This document shows positions 20,676 through 30,067 of a stretch of 64,000 nt of DNA, in pieces. How positions within the stretch are numbered: the first letter of the stretch is position 1; the number at the start of each line of letters is the position of its first letter. The notes under the pieces were generated by a model, which saw only the letters and a list, made by a program, of their open reading frames with translations, ran no database searches and had not been told where the DNA came from. The translations under genes were made by a program, and so were the position numbers. Source of the DNA: Candidatus Versatilivorator sp. (GTDB lineage Bacteria > Acidobacteriota > Terriglobia > Versatilivoradales > Versatilivoraceae); the NCBI GenBank assembly GCA_965207735.1, contig OZ242296.1, positions 480,001 through 544,000 of the forward strand. Direction: 5' to 3'.

Positions 20676-20806
20676 TATAATGTCCCGGTTTTTTCGGGGC
20701 CGTAAACGCCGTTTCTTAACGGATTTCGGCAGGGAAGCTCCTTTCGCCGAGACAGGCACCAAGACCCCGCTCTCACGACGGGGAAACTCCGGTCGCTAAA
20801 GAATCC
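20676..20806 (+). promoter_or_regulatory. mrp operon -10 box and structured 5' leader
   Basis: Perfect TATAAT at 20676-20681 followed by several stem-loops before ATG 20807. Confidence 0.45.
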
Positions 20807-21409
20807 ATGGCAACCGAATCAGCGGGTTCCAAGAGAACAGGGCTGAAACGCGTGCGCTCGAAGAGGGCACTGGTAATCGAGGCCCTGTTCCTGATGGGTT
20901 TATGGCTCAATCTGAGCGGCCGTTTCGACCCCTTCCACTTGGCATTGGGTGTGGGCTCGGTATTGTTGGTGATGTGGGTCAATGCGCCCCTCAAGCAGAC
21001 CCAGCTGTACAGTGGCGATACGTTTGCCTGGGATCGGGCCAACTACTGGGCCCTGCTAGGCTATTTGCCCTGGCTGGGGTGGGAAATCCTGTTGGGCAGC
21101 ATGCAGGTGGCCTACCTGGTGTTGCACCCCAGGATGCCTGTGAAGCCTTGCCTGATTTACTTCCGGGTGAATCTGCCCAACCTGGCGGCCCGGGTGACCC
21201 TCGGTAACTCCATCACCCTGACACCGGGCACGGTGACGATCCGAATCCGGGAAAATGAATTCGTGGTCCATGCACTTACCCGAGAATCGGCGGAAAGCCT
21301 GGTGCACGGCACCATGCCGCTACGCATTTCGAGGATCTTCAACGGTCCGCAAGAGCACGTGGTCAGCCAAGTCCGGGTGGTCGAGCTGGAAGGCTCAACC
21401 GCAAATTGA
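20807..21409 (+). CDS. mrpE: Na+/H+ antiporter subunit E
   Basis: LGNSITLTPGTVT, VHAL. Confidence 0.92.
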   Translation: MATESAGSKRTGLKRVRSKRALVIEALFLMGLWLNLSGRFDPFHLALGVGSVLLVMWVNAPLKQTQLYSGDTFAWDRANYWALLGYLPWLGWEILLGSMQVAYLVLHPRMPVKPCLIYFRVNLPNLAARVTLGNSITLTPGTVTIRIRENEFVVHALTRESAESLVHGTMPLRISRIFNGPQEHVVSQVRVVELEGSTAN

Positions 21410-21678
21410 TGCAAGACGTCTTTCTCTACCTCGCCATCGTCCTGTCCGTCATCATTCCTTTGCCCTTCTACCGCGTGTTGAAGGGCCCCACCATTTTTGA
21501 CCGGCTCCTGGGTGCAAGCGCCATTGGCACCAAGACGCTGGTGCTGGTCTGTCTGATCGGCTTTCTCTACGGACGGATCGAGTTGTTTGTCGATATTGCC
21601 CTGGCCTACGCCATCCTGAACTTCATCGGTCTGGTAGCCGTGGCCAGGTACTTCCAGAGCCACCCCAAGGAAAGATGA
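21409..21678 (+). CDS. mrpF: Na+/H+ antiporter subunit F
   Basis: RVLKGPTIFDR, DIALAYAILNF. Confidence 0.92.
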   Translation: MQDVFLYLAIVLSVIIPLPFYRVLKGPTIFDRLLGASAIGTKTLVLVCLIGFLYGRIELFVDIALAYAILNFIGLVAVARYFQSHPKER

Positions 21679-22010
21679 ACACCTTCAGAGAACTATTGGC
21701 ATTGACGATGGTCTTCGCGGGGAGTTTCTTCCTGCTGGTGGGCAGCGTGGGCATTCTGCGCCTGCCGGATATTTTCTGTCGAACTCACGCTACCAGCAAG
21801 AACGATACCCTGGGCATCCTGCTGACCATTGGAGGCCTGGCGGTGTTCGAGGGTTTTACGCTGACAAGCCTCAAGCTGGTCACGGCCCTGGTCTTTGTGG
21901 CCTTGGCCTACCCTATCGGGTCTCATGTCCTGGTCAACGCAGCCGCACGCTTCCACTGGCGGCGACAGCCCGGTGGCGCCCCGCGGCGTGATGCAGGGGA
22001 GAATTCATAG
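21675..22010 (+). CDS. mrpG: Na+/H+ antiporter subunit G
   Basis: GILRLPDIFCRTHATSK.DTLG, PIGSH. Confidence 0.92.
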   Translation: MNTFRELLALTMVFAGSFFLLVGSVGILRLPDIFCRTHATSKNDTLGILLTIGGLAVFEGFTLTSLKLVTALVFVALAYPIGSHVLVNAAARFHWRRQPGGAPRRDAGENS

Positions 22011-22255
22011 TGTATTTCGGGCTGGAAACCACCCTGGGGTTGTTCTTGCTGGCTGCGGCGCTGATTGCTCTTCGGTTGAGAAACCTGTTGGCAGCCGCGG
22101 TAACCCTGTCGGTATTCAGCTTCATTTCGGCCTTGATCTACCTGGTAATGGGGGCGGTCGACGTGGCGTTTACCGAAGCCGTGGTGGGCGCCGGCATCAC
22201 GGGAGTGCTGTTCATCGTGGTGCTGTTCCATACCTCCCGCCGGAGCATCGATTGA
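22010..22255 (+). CDS. DUF4040 subunit (MrpA C-terminal / MbhD-like)
   Basis: GAVDVAFTEAVVGAGITG; GTG start overlaps the mrpG stop. Confidence 0.88.
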   Translation: MYFGLETTLGLFLLAAALIALRLRNLLAAAVTLSVFSFISALIYLVMGAVDVAFTEAVVGAGITGVLFIVVLFHTSRRSID

Positions 22256-22545
22256 GAAAGACCTCTCTGATCGCGTTGGTTCTTTTCGGCGCCTTGCTGC
22301 TCTATGCCTCTTCCGGTCTGCCCGGCCACGGCGACCGCGATGCGCCCAGCCACCGGGAGCAAAGCCGGGTGGGCTCCCCCGGCGCGGCTGCCCACTATAT
22401 CCGCCAGGCCAAGGGGGATGCGGCCTCCCCCAACATCGTGACCGTGGTGCTGGCGGACTACCGCGGCTTCGACACGCTGGGAGAGACGATCGTGGTCTTT
22501 ACCGCCGGACTGGTCTGTTACTTGATTCTCAGAAGGAACCCATGA
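22252..22545 (+). CDS. MnhB-related (MbhE-like) small subunit
   Basis: PNIVTVVLADYRGFDTLGE; TTG start overlaps the upstream TGA. Confidence 0.85.
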   Translation: MRKTSLIALVLFGALLLYASSGLPGHGDRDAPSHREQSRVGSPGAAAHYIRQAKGDAASPNIVTVVLADYRGFDTLGETIVVFTAGLVCYLILRRNP

Positions 22546-22982
22546 CCACCAGTTCCAGGAATCCGATTCTGATCACCGCCAGCCGGCTGCTGGCTCCCTT
22601 CATACAGTTGTTTGCTCTTTATGTGATCTTTCACGGCCACTACGGTCCCGGGGGGGGATTCCAGGGAGGCGCGATGCTGGCCGCCAGCGTACTGCTGCTT
22701 CGGCTCTCAGTGGGTGCGGAGAGGTCGGAGCTCAAATTCAGGAAATCCTGGGGCACGCCGGTTGGGGCGCTGGGAGCCCTGATCTTTGCCGGAACCGGCC
22801 TGCTCACCCTCCTGCTGGGCGGCCGGTTTCTGGAATATCACTTTCTGCCGCTTCCGGATCTTAGTCGGGCCGAGCTTCATTCCGCCGGGATTCTACTGAT
22901 TGAGGTCGGGGTGGGCCTGGCAGTCATGGCGGTGCTGGTGGCGATTTACGACGACATCATGGAGGGGCCGGGTGGGGATTGA
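22542..22982 (+). CDS. mrpB: Na+/H+ antiporter subunit B
   Basis: HGHYGPGGGFQGG, IEVGVGLAV. Confidence 0.92.
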   Translation: MTTSSRNPILITASRLLAPFIQLFALYVIFHGHYGPGGGFQGGAMLAASVLLLRLSVGAERSELKFRKSWGTPVGALGALIFAGTGLLTLLLGGRFLEYHFLPLPDLSRAELHSAGILLIEVGVGLAVMAVLVAIYDDIMEGPGGD

Positions 22983-23343
22983 GTTCATCGCCGGTCACAA
23001 CCTGTACTGGATCATTTCACTCCTGCTTCTGGTGGGGCTTTACGGGATGCTCGCCAAGCGTAACCTGGTGAAGAAATTGATTGGCATGAATATCTTCCAG
23101 ACCGCCATCATCCTGTTCTATATTGCCAGCGCCTCCAAGTGGAACGCCACCGTTCCGGTCATCGACCCTGCTTTGGGTTCGGTGGACCCGGCTCACTACA
23201 TCAATCCGTTGCCCCACACCTTGATGCTGACGGCCATCGTGGTGAGCGTGGCCACCACCGGCGTGGGATTTGCGCTGCTCATCAGCATCTATCGGCGATA
23301 CAGGACCCTGGATGAAGATACGTTGTTGAAACGAATGAGATGA
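22972..23343 (+). CDS. mrpC: Na+/H+ antiporter subunit C
   Basis: NLVKKLIG, NPLPHTLMLTAIVV; GTG start after a GGAGG SD. Confidence 0.92.
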   Translation: MGIEFIAGHNLYWIISLLLLVGLYGMLAKRNLVKKLIGMNIFQTAIILFYIASASKWNATVPVIDPALGSVDPAHYINPLPHTLMLTAIVVSVATTGVGFALLISIYRRYRTLDEDTLLKRMR

Positions 23344-24848
23344 TCGAAGCCAACCTGCCCCTGCTGGTCCCGCTCACCTTTCTCATTTCCGCCCTCGTTA
23401 TCCCCCTGATCGGCCTCAGGGTTCCGGGCGCCGCCTACCCTCTGGCGTTGGCCGCGGTTCTCGCGACCATTCCCATTGCGGGTTTCGGGTTGTACCGGGT
23501 GATGGCTGGCGGACCGGTATCCTACACCCTGGGGGGGTGGGAAGCTCCGATCGGGATCGAGTTCGTGTTGGATCCACTTGCGTCGTTCCTGACCCTGCTG
23601 GTGACGGTCGTTTCCTGCCTGGTCTTGATTCATGCCCGCCATGTCGCCTCGGTAGAGCACCCGGACAAGCAGGTCCCCTACTACAGCCTGGTGCTGCTGC
23701 TGCTGGCCGGCTTTTGTGGAATCATGGCAACCGGGGATCTCTTCAATCTCTATGTTTTCCTCGAGATCAGTTCTCTCGCGGGCTACGGGCTGGTAGCCAT
23801 CGGAGACAAACGTTCGCCGGTATCGGCCTATCGCTACCTCATTCTGGGGAGCGTCGGAACCGGGTTCTATCTGCTGGGCACCGGATTCATCTATGTCATG
23901 AGCGGGTCCTTGAACATGGCCGACGTAGCTCGAATGCTCCCCGAGATCCTCGACCAGCCGCCCGTCCTGGCCGGGTTGATCCTGATGGTGACGGGTATCG
24001 GCCTCAAGATGGCGCTTTTCCCGCTGCACTTCTGGCTTCCGGATGCTTATTCCAGCGCATCCTCGGTCAGTTCGGCGCTGCTGGCGCCGTTGGGCACCAA
24101 GGTTGGCGCCTATATCCTGATTCGAATTCTATTCTTTGTTTTCGATCCGGCCGCGGTGGAGCAGAGGGTGCCCATCACTTCCGTAATCGCCTGGCTCTCG
24201 GCAGGGGGAGTCCTCTACGGGTCGCTCATGGCCCTGGCCCAGCGGGAACTCAAACGAATGCTGGCCTACAGCAGCGTGGCACAGATCGGGTATATCGGGC
24301 TGGGTCTGGGAATGGCCAATCCCCTGGGTTTCACCGGAGCGGTGCTCCATATCCTCAATCATGCGCTCATGAAAGCCGCCCTCTTCCTGGTTGCAGGCAA
24401 TTTGCGGGTGCAGCTCGGCCATTCCAACATCGCAGCCATGGACCACCGACTGAGTCGTCAAATGCCCTGGTCGATGGCCGCATTCGTGGTGGCAGCCTTG
24501 TCCATGATCGGCCTACCGCCGACGGCGGGATTTTTCAGCAAGTGGTATCTGGTGCTGGGAGGCATCCAGGGTTCCTACTGGGTTTTTGTGGGCGTGATTC
24601 TGCTGGGGGGATTGCTCAACGCCATCTACTTTTTCAGAGTCGTTGAGAGGGTGTATCTGCCGTTTCGGAGAGGGCTGTCGGACCAGGCCGCCCCAAACGG
24701 CGGACAGGAGGTTGCGGAAAACAGGGAAGCCAGGTTTTCCATGCTGGCTCCCACTCTGGTTCTGGCGGGAGCACTCCTGGTGCTGGGCCTGGCCAGCTCC
24801 TTCCTGGTGAATCGGGTGATTCATCACATGATTCCGGCAGGCCTTTAG
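23340..24848 (+). CDS. mrpD: Na+/H+ antiporter subunit D family (first)
   Basis: GDLFNLYVFLEI, LKMALFPLHFWLPDAY, KRMLAYSS, NHALMK, GFFSKW. Confidence 0.92.
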   Translation: MIEANLPLLVPLTFLISALVIPLIGLRVPGAAYPLALAAVLATIPIAGFGLYRVMAGGPVSYTLGGWEAPIGIEFVLDPLASFLTLLVTVVSCLVLIHARHVASVEHPDKQVPYYSLVLLLLAGFCGIMATGDLFNLYVFLEISSLAGYGLVAIGDKRSPVSAYRYLILGSVGTGFYLLGTGFIYVMSGSLNMADVARMLPEILDQPPVLAGLILMVTGIGLKMALFPLHFWLPDAYSSASSVSSALLAPLGTKVGAYILIRILFFVFDPAAVEQRVPITSVIAWLSAGGVLYGSLMALAQRELKRMLAYSSVAQIGYIGLGLGMANPLGFTGAVLHILNHALMKAALFLVAGNLRVQLGHSNIAAMDHRLSRQMPWSMAAFVVAALSMIGLPPTAGFFSKWYLVLGGIQGSYWVFVGVILLGGLLNAIYFFRVVERVYLPFRRGLSDQAAPNGGQEVAENREARFSMLAPTLVLAGALLVLGLASSFLVNRVIHHMIPAGL

Positions 24849-24861
24849 GACCTGAGCACTG

Positions 24862-26364
24862 ATGAACGATTTATCGACCTATCCGTCGGCCATACCGCTG
24901 CTGGCCATCCTGGTTTCCGCGGCAAGCGTGCCGTTGATCGGGATCAGCTCGCGCCGTCCCAACCTGAGGGAATTCTGGACGCTCTTGGCCGCCGGCGCCA
25001 AGTTCGCGCTGGTGCTGTCGCTTCTCCCATCGGCGTTGGCGAACCGCGTGGCGGAGACGCGACTGTTCGAGATCTCGCGCGGAATCGACCTGACCTTGAG
25101 GGCCGACGCGTTTGGCGTCTATTTCGCGCTAATCGCTTCGGGCCTCTGGATATTGACTTCGATCTATTCCATCGGGTATGTCCGAGGTCTCAAGGAAAAG
25201 CACCAGACCCGCTATTTTGCCTGCTTTGCCCTCTGCCTTTCGGCGACTCTGGGTGTGGCCTTCGCCGCCAACCTGCTGACCTTCGTCATATTTTTCGAAG
25301 TCCTGACCATTTCCACCTATCCGTTGGTGATTCACAAGCAAACCCCGGAAGCCATCGCGGCCGGCCGCAAGTATCTGGCCTTTACCCTGACGGCCGGGGC
25401 GGTGCTGGTGGCTGCCATGGCCGCCATGGTCCAGTTGACGGGAACCCTGGAATTCCAGCCGGGTGGCCTGCGCGCCTTGCAGGAACTGTCGCCGGTCGAG
25501 GTCAAGATCCTGTTCGGGATGTTGCTGGCAGGAGTGGGAGTGAAGGCAGCCATCATGCCCCTGCACGCCTGGTTGCCCGCGGCCATGGCGGCTCCCACCC
25601 CGGTCAGTGCCTTGCTCCACGCCGTGGCCGTCGTAAAATCGGGGGTTTTCGGCGTGGTTCGAGTGGTGGGCTTCCTCTTCGGGCCGGAGACGCTCAGTCG
25701 ATTCGGACTCAATGAGGTCATGCTCTGGCTGGCCGGCAGTACTATTCTGCTGGCCTCCTGCCTGGCCTTTGCGGAGGATAACTTGAAGCGGCGCCTGGCC
25801 TACTCCACCGTCGGCCATCTCTCATACGTGGTTTTGGGGGCCGGACTGCTCTCTCCGAGCGGCTTGATCGGGGGGGTGCTGCACATTGCCAACCACGCCA
25901 CCATGAAGATCGTCCTGTTTTTCTGCGCCGGGGCCATTTACGTGAATGCCCACAAGGAAAAGATCAGTGAGCTGGATGGCATCGGTCGAGCCATGCCCTG
26001 GACCATGGGGGCTTTTGCCCTGGCCTCGTTGGGCCTTGCAGGGGTTCCGCCGGTCAATGGCTTTGTCAGCAAGTGGTACCTCGGGCTGGGCGCTCTGGAA
26101 GGTGGCAGCGTCGCGGTTGTGGCGATTCTCCTCATCAGCGGTGTGCTCAATGCCGGATACTTCGTGCCCATTGTCTACCGGGCCTTCTTCAAGCAGTCCG
26201 AAAACTTCAATTCCATCGGGGAGGCATCTGCCTGGATGGTAGTTCCCTTGATCCTGGCTGCCTGTTTCTCGGCATCGATGGGCCTGATGCCGGACCTGTT
26301 CTTTCACTTCCTTACTCTGGCAGAGCGGATCGCCGCCCAGATCCTGGAGGCCTCAAACCCATGA
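24862..26364 (+). CDS. Na+/H+ antiporter subunit D family (second)
   Basis: FFEVLT, KAAIMPLHAWLPAAMAAPTPVSALLHAVAVVK, KRRLAYST. Confidence 0.9.
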   Translation: MNDLSTYPSAIPLLAILVSAASVPLIGISSRRPNLREFWTLLAAGAKFALVLSLLPSALANRVAETRLFEISRGIDLTLRADAFGVYFALIASGLWILTSIYSIGYVRGLKEKHQTRYFACFALCLSATLGVAFAANLLTFVIFFEVLTISTYPLVIHKQTPEAIAAGRKYLAFTLTAGAVLVAAMAAMVQLTGTLEFQPGGLRALQELSPVEVKILFGMLLAGVGVKAAIMPLHAWLPAAMAAPTPVSALLHAVAVVKSGVFGVVRVVGFLFGPETLSRFGLNEVMLWLAGSTILLASCLAFAEDNLKRRLAYSTVGHLSYVVLGAGLLSPSGLIGGVLHIANHATMKIVLFFCAGAIYVNAHKEKISELDGIGRAMPWTMGAFALASLGLAGVPPVNGFVSKWYLGLGALEGGSVAVVAILLISGVLNAGYFVPIVYRAFFKQSENFNSIGEASAWMVVPLILAACFSASMGLMPDLFFHFLTLAERIAAQILEASNP

Positions 26365-26585
26365 AACGGTGGCACTGGATTTCGCTGGCGGCGCTCATGG
26401 CAGGTTCCCTGATCTTGGAACGGACCGCTGCCCACGACCCCTCGCACGCTTCTTCCTGGTGGCACCATATTCCCGGCTTTTACGCATGGTTGGGGTTCCT
26501 CGGCTGCATCGGGATCATTGTGGTGTCCAAGCTGCTGGGGCGGAAGTGGCTGCAAAAGGACGAGCGCTACTATGATGGGAAGTGA
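26361..26585 (+). CDS. Small 2-TM membrane protein of the mrp operon
   Basis: MKRWHWISLAAL...IPGFYAWLGFLGC...RYYD; translationally coupled on both sides. Confidence 0.75.
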   Translation: MKRWHWISLAALMAGSLILERTAAHDPSHASSWWHHIPGFYAWLGFLGCIGIIVVSKLLGRKWLQKDERYYDGK

Positions 26586-28311
26586 ACTGATCCTGCATCC
26601 GGCTTTCCTGGTCCTGATGGGGGCACTGGTCCTTGCGTTGGTCCCCCCCAGAGCCAGGGGCAAGGTTTTTCCGCTCTTTCCATTGGGCGCCCTCTGGATT
26701 TGCTGGAGCCTTTCGGCCGATCAGAGCCTTTCGGTCGAGTTCCTGGACTACCGCTTGTCGATCCTGCAGGTGGACCGATTAAGCCGGATCTTCGGCATCG
26801 TTTTCTCGCTGATCGGTTTCGCCGGAGGCCTTTTTGCTCTTCACCTCAGGGATGTTCGCCAACAGGTCGCCGCCTTGCTCTACACCGGCAGCGCGCTGGG
26901 ACTGGTCTTCTCGGGGGATTGGCTGACTCTCTTTTTCTTCTGGGAACTGACCGCCCTCTCATCGACGGTTCTGATCTGGTCCAGGCGGGGGACAGGACCC
27001 AGGGTGGGCCTGCGTTACCTGCTGGTCCACCTGTTTGGAGGCAGCCTGTTGCTGGCCGGGATTCTGGGGCAGGTGCACGCCTCCGGGGATATTGGCCTTC
27101 AGTTGTTGGAGGCCGGTCGTTTGTCCTCCTGGCTGATCCTGGCGGGCATCGCCGTCAACGCCGCCATTCCTCCGCTCCACGCTTGGCTGGCCGACGCCTA
27201 TCCCAGGGCCACCGTAACCGGCGCGGTGTTCCTGAGCGCTTTCACCACCAAGTCGGCGGTCTACCTGCTGGCCCGAGTGGCGCCGGGCTGGGAGGTCCTG
27301 ATTACCCTGGGAGTCATCATGGCTCTCTACGGGGTCATCTTCGCCGTCCTGGCCAACGATATCCGGGAAATCCTTGCCTATCACATCATCAGCCAGGTTG
27401 GATACATGGTTGCCGGAGTCGGTATCGGTACGCCGCTGGCTCTCAACGGCGCCGTGGCCCATGCCTTCAGCCACATTCTCTACAAGGCCCTCCTCTTCAT
27501 GGGAGCAGGGGTGGTCCTGCAGTCGACCGGTCGGAGCCGGCTGAGTGAACTGGGCGGATTGGGCAGGACGATGCCGGTGACGCTGTGGCTGTACATGGCG
27601 GGCGCCTTCTCCATTTCGGGATTTCCTTTCTTCAATGGCTTTATCAGCAAGTCAATGGTGGTCAGCGCCGCCCTGAACGCCCATCACCAGGCTGCCTTCC
27701 TGCTCCTGGGCCTGGCATCGGTGGGGACCTTTCTCTCGATCGGTCTCAAGCTGCCCTATTTCACCTGGTTCGGTCGCGGTCGGCAGGAGATCAGTGTGTC
27801 GCCGAGTCCCCGGAACATGCACCTGGCCATGGGGCTGCTGGCTTTTCTTTGCATCGGTTTTGGAGTGTTTCCCTCGCTGCTGTACGCCGAGCTGCCCTAC
27901 GGCGCCAGCTACCGGCCCTACACCATCCCTCACCTGGTGGAAAGCATTCAATTGCTTGCCGCGACCTTTTTGGGTTTCTGGTGGTACCGCTCCAGGCTGG
28001 CCGGCCAGCCGACCTTGACGCTGGACACCGATTGGTTCTATCGTCGACCGGCAGGCTGGATTCGCCGATTCGTGGTTGAAGGGACCAGCCGACTCTTCGA
28101 CCGGGCCGATGCCGGGATCCTCGCCGGTATTGGTTGGCTGGCAGCGAGGACAAAGAACCCCACCCTTTGGTTTCGCCGCGGGGCGGAACCCGAGCAGGCG
28201 CCGGCCATCTCTGGCGAGGACCCCGATGCGACCCGGCCCAAACTGGAGTTGGCCGTGACGTTGATTCTTCTCAGTGCGCTCTTGATTGCGGCAGTGGCTT
28301 TCTTCCGATAG
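26572..28311 (+). CDS. Na+/H+ antiporter subunit D family (third)
   Basis: FFWEL, PPLHAWLADAYP, SAFTTK, HILYKALLFM, GFISKS, LDTDWFYR. Confidence 0.9.
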   Translation: MMGSELILHPAFLVLMGALVLALVPPRARGKVFPLFPLGALWICWSLSADQSLSVEFLDYRLSILQVDRLSRIFGIVFSLIGFAGGLFALHLRDVRQQVAALLYTGSALGLVFSGDWLTLFFFWELTALSSTVLIWSRRGTGPRVGLRYLLVHLFGGSLLLAGILGQVHASGDIGLQLLEAGRLSSWLILAGIAVNAAIPPLHAWLADAYPRATVTGAVFLSAFTTKSAVYLLARVAPGWEVLITLGVIMALYGVIFAVLANDIREILAYHIISQVGYMVAGVGIGTPLALNGAVAHAFSHILYKALLFMGAGVVLQSTGRSRLSELGGLGRTMPVTLWLYMAGAFSISGFPFFNGFISKSMVVSAALNAHHQAAFLLLGLASVGTFLSIGLKLPYFTWFGRGRQEISVSPSPRNMHLAMGLLAFLCIGFGVFPSLLYAELPYGASYRPYTIPHLVESIQLLAATFLGFWWYRSRLAGQPTLTLDTDWFYRRPAGWIRRFVVEGTSRLFDRADAGILAGIGWLAARTKNPTLWFRRGAEPEQAPAISGEDPDATRPKLELAVTLILLSALLIAAVAFFR

Positions 28312-28326
28312 ATCGACTGTGGATGT

Positions 28327-28863
28327 ATGAGGTCGCCAATGAACTTGAGTGTCTTCTATCCCGCCCCCGCGGGCTTGCCGGTGCCGGTCAATCCCCCCAG
28401 GGGAGATGACGAGATCTACAGCTTGGTGAGCGGCACAGACTGGCGCCAGGCGCTTCAGTTGGGGTCGGATCGTCTGGTGCGCGCCGGGGCCCTCTGGGTT
28501 TACGGCTTCCTGGACGAGGCTCACCGCCTGACCCAACAGGACTCTTCCTCGGAAGGAGCCTATTGGCATGCCCTGGTGCATCGAAGCGAAGGGGACTTCA
28601 ACAATGCGCTCTACTGGTTCCGCCGCGCCGGAGCCCATCCTGTCCAGGCCCGGTTGAGGACCAGGGTCCGGGAGGCGATGAAAGGGCGGAGTACGGAGGG
28701 TTGGCAGACCCTGGTGGAAGGCCCGCACTGGGATCCTGCCCGCTTGGTGGAGCTGTGCAAACGGTCGACACGGGGCGAACTGACCCAACCGGCGGTCCTT
28801 CGGGAAGTCGCCCGTATCGAATACAATCTCCTGATGGAATACGTCCTGGCTCAGGCTCGCTAA
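28327..28863 (+). CDS. Conserved hypothetical helical protein
   Basis: AHRLTQ...GAYWHALVHRSEGDFNNALYWFRRAG.HP motif; 15 bp after the mrp operon. Confidence 0.75.
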   Translation: MRSPMNLSVFYPAPAGLPVPVNPPRGDDEIYSLVSGTDWRQALQLGSDRLVRAGALWVYGFLDEAHRLTQQDSSSEGAYWHALVHRSEGDFNNALYWFRRAGAHPVQARLRTRVREAMKGRSTEGWQTLVEGPHWDPARLVELCKRSTRGELTQPAVLREVARIEYNLLMEYVLAQAR

Positions 28864-29059
28864 GGGAGAGGATGCGGGTGGGCCGTCCCGATGGTGCGAT
28901 GGAGCGTATCCGGCGGGCACCGTTTGGGAAACTCCCCGGGTGAAACAGGGTTGTTTCAGACAAGCGAGGCGCCTGCCCTGGTGTGCGGATCATACATAGA
29001 GTGAAACAATCGGAAATCGACCATCCCTTCACGACCTTGGTACCCCGTCGCGGTTAACC

Positions 29060-30022
29060 TCAGCGCCTTAGTGTCCCTTCGTGGATAAGTCTTTTTCTTT
29101 TGTCTCTTGTCGTTTGTTTCAGGCAAGCAGCCAGGCGGTTCTCGAAGACCCTATCGGACCGGAAGTCCTTCAGTCGCAGCGACGATTGGAAGGAGGCAGG
29201 CAGGGCTTTCTTCGGAACCAGTCCCACGATTTCGCTGTCGGCCACCCGGGTTCCCAACCGTTCGGCTTCCTGGCAGACGGCCTGGAAGACCCTTTGGATC
29301 GAGCTGATTTCGAAGTCGGTCAGGTTGATCGATACCTGGGCCTGGTCCCTGGTCTCGAGGCGCACTCCAATTGCCTTGACATGGGGGAGCCCACCGCTGG
29401 AGGAGCGGATCTTGCGGGCAATGCGATTGGCCGGCCTGACGTCCGACGTCGCCAGATTGACGTTGTAGGCGATCAGGAATTTGCGGGCGCCGACCGCCGT
29501 AGCTCCAGCCGTGGGGTGGAGTTGTGGACCACCGAAGTCGGGCCGGCGGGCCGTCGGTCGGGCCAACTCGGAGCGCAGACCTTCGAACTGTCCCCTCCGC
29601 ACATTCTCCAGGCGGGCCCGTGCCGGTTGCCTGGCCGCGACCCCATAGAGATAGACCGGGATGCCGCAACGGCGGTAAGCCTCTTTCCCCACGGTGTGAG
29701 CAATCGACGCGCAGTCCTGCAAGGTCACGCCTCTGACCGGAACGAAAGGAACCACATCGGTGGCTCCGATGCGCGGGTGGACTCCCGAATGCCGATTGAG
29801 ATCAATCAACTCAGCCGCTTTGCCCATCCCCCTTAAAGCCCCCTCGGCCACACCCGCCCTGTCGCCCACAAAGGTGATGACGGTTCGGTGGTGGTCGGGG
29901 TCCATGGTGCGGTGCAGGATCCCCACGCCGGCAACCGAGGCGATGGCGGAAAGGATGCGGTCGATCACCCGTGGATCTCTCCCCTCACTGAAATTGGGGA
30001 CACATTCAACGATCGTTTTCAC
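29060..30022 (-). CDS. ftcD: Glutamate formimidoyltransferase (no cyclodeaminase domain)
   Basis: VECVPNFSEGR, DPDHHR, HPRIGATDVVPF, PVYLY, GARKFLIAYNVNL. Confidence 0.93.
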   Translation of the reverse strand: MKTIVECVPNFSEGRDPRVIDRILSAIASVAGVGILHRTMDPDHHRTVITFVGDRAGVAEGALRGMGKAAELIDLNRHSGVHPRIGATDVVPFVPVRGVTLQDCASIAHTVGKEAYRRCGIPVYLYGVAARQPARARLENVRRGQFEGLRSELARPTARRPDFGGPQLHPTAGATAVGARKFLIAYNVNLATSDVRPANRIARKIRSSSGGLPHVKAIGVRLETRDQAQVSINLTDFEISSIQRVFQAVCQEAERLGTRVADSEIVGLVPKKALPASFQSSLRLKDFRSDRVFENRLAACLKQTTRDKRKRLIHEGTLRR

Positions 30023-30067
30023 GGTGCACCCGGCGACCTGCTCAACTTGGGCGTTCAGGGTTGTGGG

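Noticed and set aside
20807-28311. Membrane-bound hydrogenase (Mbh/Ech) or complex I operon
   Set aside because: No NiFe large/small or Fe-S subunits; MrpE/F/G are present, so it is an antiporter.
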